Below are positions 16,518 to 24,379 of a stretch of 32,000 bases of DNA, one piece after another (position 1 is the first letter of the stretch; the number at the start of each line of letters is the position of its first letter). The notes under the pieces are model-generated. The model was given only the letters and a program-made list of their open reading frames with translations. It was not told where the DNA came from and searched no databases. Both the position numbers and the translations under genes were made by a program. The DNA is from Mycobacterium tuberculosis H37Rv (GTDB lineage: Bacteria; Actinomycetota; Actinomycetes; Mycobacteriales; Mycobacteriaceae): contig NC_000962.3 in the NCBI RefSeq assembly GCF_000195955.2, positions 4,230,001-4,262,000 of the forward strand, given 5' to 3'.

Positions 16518-19500
16518 CACAGTGCGCGAGCAGACGCAAAAGCACCCCAAATCGGGCGATTTTGGGGGCTTTTGCGTCTGCTCGCGGGACGCGCTGGGTG
16601 GCCACCATCGCCGGGCTGATTGGCTTTGTGTTGTCGGTGGCGACGCCGCTGCTGCCCGTCGTGCAGACCACCGCGATGCTCGACTGGCCACAGCGGGGGC
16701 AACTGGGCAGCGTGACCGCCCCGCTGATCTCGCTGACGCCGGTCGACTTTACCGCCACCGTGCCGTGCGACGTGGTGCGCGCCATGCCACCCGCGGGCGG
16801 GGTGGTGCTGGGCACCGCACCCAAGCAAGGCAAGGACGCCAATTTGCAGGCGTTGTTCGTCGTCGTCAGCGCCCAGCGCGTGGACGTCACCGACCGCAAC
16901 GTGGTGATCTTGTCCGTGCCGCGCGAGCAGGTGACGTCCCCGCAGTGTCAACGCATCGAGGTCACCTCTACCCACGCCGGCACCTTCGCCAACTTCGTCG
17001 GGCTCAAGGACCCGTCGGGCGCGCCGCTGCGCAGCGGCTTCCCCGACCCCAACCTGCGCCCGCAGATTGTCGGGGTGTTCACCGACCTGACCGGGCCCGC
17101 GCCGCCCGGGCTGGCGGTCTCGGCGACCATCGACACCCGGTTCTCCACCCGGCCGACCACGCTGAAACTGCTGGCGATCATCGGGGCGATCGTGGCCACC
17201 GTCGTCGCACTGATCGCGTTGTGGCGCCTGGACCAGTTGGACGGGCGGGGCTCAATTGCCCAGCTCCTCCTCAGGCCGTTCCGGCCTGCATCGTCGCCGG
17301 GCGGCATGCGCCGGCTGATTCCGGCAAGCTGGCGCACCTTCACCCTGACCGACGCCGTGGTGATATTCGGCTTCCTGCTCTGGCATGTCATCGGCGCGAA
17401 TTCGTCGGACGACGGCTACATCCTGGGCATGGCCCGAGTCGCCGACCACGCCGGCTACATGTCCAACTATTTCCGCTGGTTCGGCAGCCCGGAGGATCCC
17501 TTCGGCTGGTATTACAACCTGCTGGCGCTGATGACCCATGTCAGCGACGCCAGTCTGTGGATGCGCCTGCCAGACCTGGCCGCCGGGCTAGTGTGCTGGC
17601 TGCTGCTGTCGCGTGAGGTGCTGCCCCGCCTCGGGCCGGCGGTGGAGGCCAGCAAACCCGCCTACTGGGCGGCGGCCATGGTCTTGCTGACCGCGTGGAT
17701 GCCGTTCAACAACGGCCTGCGGCCGGAGGGCATCATCGCGCTCGGCTCGCTGGTCACCTATGTGCTGATCGAGCGGTCCATGCGGTACAGCCGGCTCACA
17801 CCGGCGGCGCTGGCCGTCGTTACCGCCGCATTCACACTGGGTGTGCAGCCCACCGGCCTGATCGCGGTGGCCGCGCTGGTGGCCGGCGGCCGCCCGATGC
17901 TGCGGATCTTGGTGCGCCGTCATCGCCTGGTCGGCACGTTGCCGTTGGTGTCGCCGATGCTGGCCGCCGGCACCGTCATCCTGACCGTGGTGTTCGCCGA
18001 CCAGACCCTGTCAACGGTGTTGGAAGCCACCAGGGTTCGCGCCAAAATCGGGCCGAGCCAGGCGTGGTATACCGAGAACCTGCGTTACTACTACCTCATC
18101 CTGCCCACCGTCGACGGTTCGCTGTCGCGGCGCTTCGGCTTTTTGATCACCGCGCTATGCCTGTTCACCGCGGTGTTCATCATGTTGCGGCGCAAGCGAA
18201 TTCCCAGCGTGGCCCGCGGACCGGCGTGGCGGCTGATGGGCGTCATCTTCGGCACCATGTTCTTCCTGATGTTCACGCCCACCAAGTGGGTGCACCACTT
18301 CGGGCTGTTCGCCGCCGTAGGGGCGGCGATGGCCGCGCTGACGACGGTGTTGGTATCCCCATCGGTGCTGCGCTGGTCGCGCAACCGGATGGCGTTCCTG
18401 GCGGCGTTATTCTTCCTGCTGGCGTTGTGTTGGGCCACCACCAACGGCTGGTGGTATGTCTCCAGCTACGGTGTGCCGTTCAACAGCGCGATGCCGAAGA
18501 TCGACGGGATCACAGTCAGCACAATCTTTTTCGCCCTGTTTGCGATCGCCGCCGGCTATGCGGCCTGGCTGCACTTCGCGCCCCGCGGCGCCGGCGAAGG
18601 GCGGCTGATCCGCGCGCTGACGACAGCCCCGGTACCGATCGTGGCCGGTTTCATGGCGGCGGTGTTCGTCGCGTCCATGGTGGCCGGGATCGTGCGACAG
18701 TACCCGACCTACTCCAACGGCTGGTCCAACGTGCGGGCGTTTGTCGGCGGCTGCGGACTGGCCGACGACGTACTCGTCGAGCCTGATACCAATGCGGGTT
18801 TCATGAAGCCGCTGGACGGCGATTCGGGTTCTTGGGGCCCCTTGGGCCCGCTGGGTGGAGTCAACCCGGTCGGCTTCACGCCCAACGGCGTACCGGAACA
18901 CACGGTGGCCGAGGCGATCGTGATGAAACCCAACCAGCCCGGCACCGACTACGACTGGGATGCGCCGACCAAGCTGACGAGTCCTGGCATCAATGGTTCT
19001 ACGGTGCCGCTGCCCTATGGGCTCGATCCCGCCCGGGTACCGTTGGCAGGCACCTACACCACCGGCGCACAGCAACAGAGCACACTCGTCTCGGCGTGGT
19101 ATCTCCTGCCTAAGCCGGACGACGGGCATCCGCTGGTCGTGGTGACCGCCGCGGGCAAGATCGCCGGCAACAGCGTGCTGCACGGGTACACCCCCGGGCA
19201 GACTGTGGTGCTCGAATACGCCATGCCGGGACCCGGAGCGCTGGTACCCGCCGGGCGGATGGTGCCCGACGACCTATACGGAGAGCAGCCCAAGGCGTGG
19301 CGCAACCTGCGCTTCGCCCGAGCAAAGATGCCCGCCGATGCCGTCGCGGTCCGGGTGGTGGCCGAGGATCTGTCGCTGACACCGGAGGACTGGATCGCGG
19401 TGACCCCGCCGCGGGTACCGGACCTGCGCTCACTGCAGGAATATGTGGGCTCGACGCAGCCGGTGCTGCTGGACTGGGCGGTCGGTTTGGCCTTCCCGTG

Positions 19501-19810
19501 CCAGCAGCCGATGCTGCACGCCAATGGCATCGCCGAAATCCCGAAGTTCCGCATCACACCGGACTACTCGGCTAAGAAGCTGGACACCGACACGTGGGAA
19601 GACGGCACTAACGGCGGCCTGCTCGGGATCACCGACCTGTTGCTGCGGGCCCACGTCATGGCCACCTACCTGTCCCGCGACTGGGCCCGCGATTGGGGTT
19701 CCCTGCGCAAGTTCGACACCCTGGTCGATGCCCCTCCCGCCCAGCTCGAGTTGGGCACCGCGACCCGCAGCGGCCTGTGGTCACCGGGCAAGATCCGAAT
19801 TGGTCCATAG
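16514..19810 (+). CDS. embB: Arabinosyltransferase EmbB (GT-C; arabinogalactan; ethambutol target), Rv3795
   Basis: 1098 aa from ATG 16514 ([34 protein letters not shown]...). Contains [14 protein letters not shown] with Met306 at 17429-17431. The 1240-aa track ORF is an upstream open-frame extension over embA. Codons 5-24 lie in a palindromic repeat, so the true start is somewhat uncertain. Confidence 0.93.
16525..16586. repeat. Palindromic hairpin element, copy 2
   Basis: Sequence is CGCGAGCAGACGCAAAAGCACCCCAAATCG..CGATTTTGGGGGCTTTTGCGTCTGCTCGCG. About 27 bp pair, with one bulged A at 16544. Same core as copies 1 and 3. No downstream T-tract. Confidence 0.85.
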
Positions 19811-19877
19811 CGTCAGGCTCCGCAGTCGATAGCGGCACGATGTTCGTCATTAGACGGCCCCATCAGTTAGGCCTCCT

Positions 19878-21005
19878 ATGCTGCTCGGTATGCACCAGGC
19901 CGGCCATGTTGGCACACACGAACGGCGCGCAGCCGCAACGAGGCGGTCCGCCCTGACTGCGGCAGGGTTAGCCGTCGTCGGCGCAGGGGTGTTGGGCGCG
20001 TCGGCGTGCAGTCCACAAAAGTCTCCTCAGCCATCATCACCCCGGTTGCCCGACAATGCGCTGATCACGCTCGGGGTGGCCGCCGGCCCGCCGCCTACGC
20101 CCAGCAGAGTAGGAATCTCGTCGGTGCTGAAAATTGGCCGCGATCTGTACGTGATCGATTGCGGCCTGGGCTCGCTGAACGCATTCACCAACGCGGGCCT
20201 GCAATTCGACGATCTCAAAGCCATGTTTATCACCCACTTGCACACCGACCACATCGTCGACTACTACAACTTCTTTCTCTCCGGTGGCTTCCTTGCCCCA
20301 CCCGGTCGAGCGCCGGTCCTGGTCTATGGTCCGGGCCCAGCTGGGGGTTTGCCGCCAAGTGAAGTCGGCAACCCGAATCCAGCCACCGTCAACCCCGCCA
20401 ACCCGACACCGGGCCTTGCCGCGGCCACCGAAGCGCTGCATCGAGCGTTCGCTTACACCAGCAACATCTTCATCCGCGACTACGGCATTGACAACGTTGC
20501 GGACCTGGTTAAAGTCACGGAGATCGGGCTACCACCAGGATCGGACTACCGCAACAGAGCGCCAAAGATGAGCCCGTTCTCGGTCGCATCGGACGACAAC
20601 GTTTCCGTCACCGCAACGCTGGTCTCCCACTACGACGTCTACCCAGCGTTCGGATTCCGCTTCGATCTGAAGAAATCGGGTGTGTCCGTTACCTTCTCGG
20701 GTGACACCACTAAGTCCGACAACCTGATTACCCTCGCTCAAGGCACTGACATTCTGGTCCACGAGGCGGTGTTCAGCCTCGATACGGCTTACTTTGGCAA
20801 CGCTTTCCCCCCGAACTATCTGGTGAACTCACACACCTCCGCAGAGCAGGTGGGGGAGGTGGCCGCAGCGGCCAAGCCCAAACAATTGATCCTGAGCCAC
20901 TACGCCCCTGACGACCTACCCGACTCGCAGTGGCTCGACAAGATCAAGAAGAATTACTCGGGCATGACCACCATCGCGCGGGACGGCCAGGTCTTCGCCC
21001 TCTGA
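19878..21005 (+). CDS. Exported metallo-beta-lactamase-fold hydrolase (Rv3796) with a Tat-type signal and possible lipobox
   Basis: 375-aa ORF. Twin-arginine motif ATRRSALTAAGLAVVGAG followed by LGASAC. MBL signature FITHLHTDHIVD (HxHxDH). An alternative start at ATG 19890 (M5) is plausible. Confidence 0.8.
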   Translation: MLLGMHQAGHVGTHERRAAATRRSALTAAGLAVVGAGVLGASACSPQKSPQPSSPRLPDNALITLGVAAGPPPTPSRVGISSVLKIGRDLYVIDCGLGSLNAFTNAGLQFDDLKAMFITHLHTDHIVDYYNFFLSGGFLAPPGRAPVLVYGPGPAGGLPPSEVGNPNPATVNPANPTPGLAAATEALHRAFAYTSNIFIRDYGIDNVADLVKVTEIGLPPGSDYRNRAPKMSPFSVASDDNVSVTATLVSHYDVYPAFGFRFDLKKSGVSVTFSGDTTKSDNLITLAQGTDILVHEAVFSLDTAYFGNAFPPNYLVNSHTSAEQVGEVAAAAKPKQLILSHYAPDDLPDSQWLDKIKKNYSGMTTIARDGQVFAL

Positions 21006-21072
21006 TCCGTTAGCGGTAGCGCCCCGTTCGACGATCGCTGCCTAGAGCTAGACATATATAAAACCTATGCAA

Positions 21073-21078
21073 TAGGGT
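21073..21078 (+). promoter_or_regulatory. Candidate -10 hexamer (TAGGGT, fits TANNNT) positioned for a leaderless fadE35 transcript
   Basis: Its last T is 7 nt upstream of the A of ATG 21085. There is no SD between it and the ATG. It sits at the edge of an unusually AT-rich patch (ACATATATAAAACCTATGCAATA, about 21051-21073). Confidence 0.35.
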
Positions 21079-21084
21079 CGCGGC

Positions 21085-22866
21085 ATGCCCGAGTACGACC
21101 TAGAGGCCGTGGACAAGCTGCCCTTCTCGACCCCTGAAAAGGCGCAGCGCTACCAAACGGAAAACTATCGCGGGGCCATGGGCCTCAACTGGTACCTCAC
21201 GGATCCGACCCTGCAGTTCATCATGGCCTATTACCTACGACCCGATGAATTGGCGTTCGCAGAACCCCATCTGACCCGCATTGGTGAGCTGACGGGGGGG
21301 CCAGTGACGCGTTGGGCCGAGGAAACCGACCGCAACCCCCCGCGGCTCGAACGCTACGACCGGTGGGGGCATGACATCAGCCGGGTAGTGCTGCCGGAAT
21401 CGTTCATCCAATCCAAGCGCGCCGTCATCGAGGCGCGACAAGCCGTGCGCGACGACGCGGCACGGGCCGGCGTCAAGCCGTCGCTGGCACTCTTCGCCGC
21501 CGACTATCTGCTCAACCAGGCCGATATCGGTATGGCTTGCGCGCTCGCCACTGGCGGCAACATGGTCCGGTCGCTGGTGACTGCCTACGCGCCACCCGAT
21601 GTGCGCGAATTCGTCCTAGGCAAACTCAATTCCGGCGAGTGGGACGGCGAGGCCGCGCAGCTGCTGACGGAGCGTGCGGGCGGCTCCGATCTGGGAGCTC
21701 TGGAGACGACGGCCACCCGCAGCGGCGACGTGTGGCTGCTGAACGGCTTCAAGTGGTTTGCGTCCAACTGCGCCGGGGAGGCGTTCGTGGTGTTGGCCAA
21801 GCCCGAGGGGGCGCCTGACTCGACTCGAGGTGTGGCCACCTTCCTCGTGCTACGGACGCGCCGTGACGGTTCCCGCAACGGCGTGCGTATCCGTCGGCTG
21901 AAGGACAAGCTCGGCACCCGCTCTGTCGCCTCCGGTGAAATCGAGTTCGTCGACGCCGAAGCCTTTCTGTTGTCCGGCGAACCGAGCGCTGACGCGGGCC
22001 CGTCCGACGGCAAGGGACTCACCCGCATGATGGAGCTGACCAACAGATTGCGGTTGGGCACCGCCTCGTTCGCCCTCGGCAACGCGCGCCGCGCGCTGGT
22101 CGAATCGCTGTGCTACGCCGGGCAGCGGCGGGCATTCGGTGGGGCGCTCATCGACAAGCCGCTGATGCGCCGCAAGCTGGCCGAAATGGTCGTTGATGTG
22201 GAAGCCGCGCTGGCGATGGTGTTCGACGGCTTCGGAGCGGCGAACCACCGCCAGCCCAGATGCCTGCCGCAACGTATCGCGGTGCCGGTCACCAAGCTTA
22301 AGACTTGCCGGCTCGGGATCACCGTGGCATCGGATGCGATCGAGATCCACGGCGGCAATGGCTACATCGAGACCTGGCCGGTGGCCCGGTTGCTGCGTGA
22401 CGCGCAAGTCAACACGATCTGGGAGGGCCCCGACAACATCCTGTGTCTGGATGTGCGGCGCGGGATCGAGCAGACGCGCGCTCACGAGACACTGTTGGCG
22501 CGGCTGCGCGATGCGGTGTCGGTGTCCGACGATGACGACACCACGCGGCTGGTCTCGCGCCGCATTGAGGACCTCGACGCGGCGATCACCGCTTGGACCA
22601 AACTCGACAGGCAGCTGGCCGAGGCGCGGCTGTTCCCGCTGGCCCAATTCATGGGCGACGTCTACGCCGGCGCGTTGCTCACCGAGCAGGCCGCCTGGGA
22701 ACGGGCAACCCGCGGCACCGACCGCAAGGCACTCGTCGCCCGCCTGTACGCGCGCCGGTATCTCGCCGACCAAGGCCCGCTGCGCGGTATCGACGCAGAT
22801 TGCGATGAGGCGCTGCAGCGTTTCGACGAACTCGTGGCGGGCGCGTTCACTGCCGAGCAGACGTAA
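21085..22866 (+). CDS. fadE35: Acyl-CoA dehydrogenase, long AidB-like form, FadE35 / Rv3797
   Basis: 593 aa. ACAD-type motifs include LTERAGGSDLG, KWFASN, IEIHGGNGYIE and TIWEGPDNIL. The stop TAA at 22864-22866 lies inside the left arm of a palindromic repeat. Confidence 0.9.
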   Translation: MPEYDLEAVDKLPFSTPEKAQRYQTENYRGAMGLNWYLTDPTLQFIMAYYLRPDELAFAEPHLTRIGELTGGPVTRWAEETDRNPPRLERYDRWGHDISRVVLPESFIQSKRAVIEARQAVRDDAARAGVKPSLALFAADYLLNQADIGMACALATGGNMVRSLVTAYAPPDVREFVLGKLNSGEWDGEAAQLLTERAGGSDLGALETTATRSGDVWLLNGFKWFASNCAGEAFVVLAKPEGAPDSTRGVATFLVLRTRRDGSRNGVRIRRLKDKLGTRSVASGEIEFVDAEAFLLSGEPSADAGPSDGKGLTRMMELTNRLRLGTASFALGNARRALVESLCYAGQRRAFGGALIDKPLMRRKLAEMVVDVEAALAMVFDGFGAANHRQPRCLPQRIAVPVTKLKTCRLGITVASDAIEIHGGNGYIETWPVARLLRDAQVNTIWEGPDNILCLDVRRGIEQTRAHETLLARLRDAVSVSDDDDTTRLVSRRIEDLDAAITAWTKLDRQLAEARLFPLAQFMGDVYAGALLTEQAAWERATRGTDRKALVARLYARRYLADQGPLRGIDADCDEALQRFDELVAGAFTAEQT

Positions 22867-22881
22867 AAGCCCCCAATTCGT
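22854..22881. repeat. Palindromic hairpin element, copy 3, left half (split by IS1557)
   Basis: CGAGCAGACGTAAAAGCCCCCAATTCGT is the perfect reverse complement of the arm at 24348-24369. Confidence 0.85.
22874..22881. repeat. Left copy of the IS1557 target-site duplication (CAATTCGT)
   Basis: Identical 8-mer immediately outside each IS terminus. 8 bp is the ISL3-family TSD length. Confidence 0.85.
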
Positions 22882-24331
22882 GGCTCTTCTGACACTTCCG
22901 TGGGTGAGTTTGTGTCCTGAGTAGGCGCACGTCGTTGTGGCTTAAGGTTTCTGGCTTGTCAAGGATCAGAAACACAAGGAGCCGACAACGACGTGCGCAA
23001 TGTGAGGCTATTTCGTGCGCTGCTGGGTGTCGACAAGCGCACCGTGATTGAGGACATCGAATTCGAGGAGGATGACGCCGGAGACGGTGCGCGGGTGATC
23101 GCCCGGGTGCGGCCACGAAGTGCAGTGTTGCGCCGCTGTGGTCGCTGCGGTCGCAAGGCGTCCTGGTATGACCGCGGTGCGGGCCTGCGCCAATGGCGCA
23201 GTCTGGATTGGGGCACCGTCGAGGTGTTCTTGGAGGCCGAGGCGCCGCGGGTGAACTGCCCCACCCATGGGCCGACGGTGGTGGCGGTGCCGTGGGCGCG
23301 TCATCATGCCGGGCACACGTATGCTTTCGATGACACGGTGGCCTGGCTGGCGGTGGCGTGTTCGAAGACCGCGGTGTGCGAGTTGATGCGGATCGCCTGG
23401 CGCACCGTCGGGGCGATCGTGGCCCGGGTCTGGGCCGACACCGAAAAGCGCATTGACCGGTTCGCGAACTTGCGCCGCATCGGTATCGATGAGATCTCCT
23501 ACAAGCGCCACCACCGGTACCTGACGGTGGTCGTCGATCACGACAGCGGCCGGTTGGTGTGGGCCGCCCCGGGCCACGACAAGGCCACCCTGGGCTTGTT
23601 CTTCGATGCCCTGGGCGCTGAGCGGGCCGCCCAGATTACTCACGTTTCGGCCGATGCCGCGGACTGGATCGCTGACGTGGTCACCGAGCGCTGCCCGGAT
23701 GCGATTCAATGCGCCGATCCGTTTCATGTGGTGGCCTGGGCCACCGAGGCGCTCGACGTCGAGCGGCGCCGAGCCTGGAACGACGCACGGGCGATCGCGC
23801 GCACCGAACCCAAGTGGGGCCGGGGCCGGCCCGGTAAGAACGCCGCACCACGTCCGGGCCGCGAGCGGGCACGGCGGCTCAAGGGCGCCCGCTACGCGCT
23901 GTGGAAGAACCCCGAGGACCTCACCGAACGCCAAAGCGCCAAACTGGCCTGGATCGCCAAGACCGATCCCCGTCTGTATCGCGCCTACCTGCTCAAAGAG
24001 AGCCTGCGGCATGTGTTTTCGGTCAAGGGCGAGGAAGGTAAACAGGCCCTGGACCGGTGGATCTCCTGGGCCCAGCGCTGTCGCATCCCGGTATTCGTCG
24101 AGCTTGCCGCCCGCATCAAACGCCACCGGGTGGCCATCGACGCCGCCCTCGACCACGGCCTATCCCAAGGCCTGATCGAATCCACCAACACCAAGATCCG
24201 CCTACTGACCCGGATCGCGTTCGGATTCCGCTCACCACAAGCCCTCATCGCCCTAGCCATGCTCACCCTCGCCGGCCACCGCCCCACCCTGCCAGGCCGA
24301 CACAACCACCCACAGATCAGTCAGTAGAGCC
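22882..24331 (+). mobile_element. IS1557 (ISL3 family) insertion sequence, complete copy with terminal inverted repeats and an 8-bp target-site duplication
   Basis: The left end GGCTCTTCTGACACTTCCGTGGGTGA and the reverse complement of the right end GGCTCTACTGACTGATCTGTGGGTGG match at 20 of 26 positions. It is flanked by direct CAATTCGT repeats (22874-22881 and 24332-24339). It carries a single transposase ORF. Confidence 0.9.
22993..24327 (+). CDS. IS1557 transposase (ISL3 family), Rv3798
   Basis: 444 aa from GTG 22993, with AAGGAG SD about 11 nt upstream. N-terminal Cys-rich CGRCGRK...NCPTHG zinc-finger-like region. The stop TAG at 24325-24327 lies inside the right IR. Confidence 0.9.
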   Translation: MRNVRLFRALLGVDKRTVIEDIEFEEDDAGDGARVIARVRPRSAVLRRCGRCGRKASWYDRGAGLRQWRSLDWGTVEVFLEAEAPRVNCPTHGPTVVAVPWARHHAGHTYAFDDTVAWLAVACSKTAVCELMRIAWRTVGAIVARVWADTEKRIDRFANLRRIGIDEISYKRHHRYLTVVVDHDSGRLVWAAPGHDKATLGLFFDALGAERAAQITHVSADAADWIADVVTERCPDAIQCADPFHVVAWATEALDVERRRAWNDARAIARTEPKWGRGRPGKNAAPRPGRERARRLKGARYALWKNPEDLTERQSAKLAWIAKTDPRLYRAYLLKESLRHVFSVKGEEGKQALDRWISWAQRCRIPVFVELAARIKRHRVAIDAALDHGLSQGLIESTNTKIRLLTRIAFGFRSPQALIALAMLTLAGHRPTLPGRHNHPQISQ

Positions 24332-24339
24332 CAATTCGT
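24332..24339. repeat. Right copy of the IS1557 target-site duplication (CAATTCGT)
   Basis: Identical 8-mer immediately outside each IS terminus. Confidence 0.85.
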
Positions 24340-24369
24340 ACCGAATTTGGGGGCTTTTACGTCTGCTCG
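24332..24369. repeat. Palindromic hairpin element, copy 3, right half (split by IS1557)
   Basis: Sequence is CAATTCGTACCGAATTTGGGGGCTTTTACGTCTGCTCG. Joining 22881 to 24340 rebuilds an intact hairpin between the convergent genes fadE35 and accD4. Confidence 0.85.
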
Positions 24370-24379
24370 CGCTACCCAG

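Noticed and set aside
9863-19810. embC/embA/embB considered as a tandem DNA repeat or a recent duplication, and therefore a recombination hotspot
   Set aside because: They are ancient paralogues. The proteins align along their full length, but the DNA is diverged: compare CCGCTGCTGCCGGTCAACCAGACCACCGC (embC), CCGCTGCTTCCGGTGAACCAAACCACCGC (embA) and CCGCTGCTGCCCGTCGTGCAGACCACCGC (embB). I saw no long identical tracts. This is a well-known feature, not a novelty.
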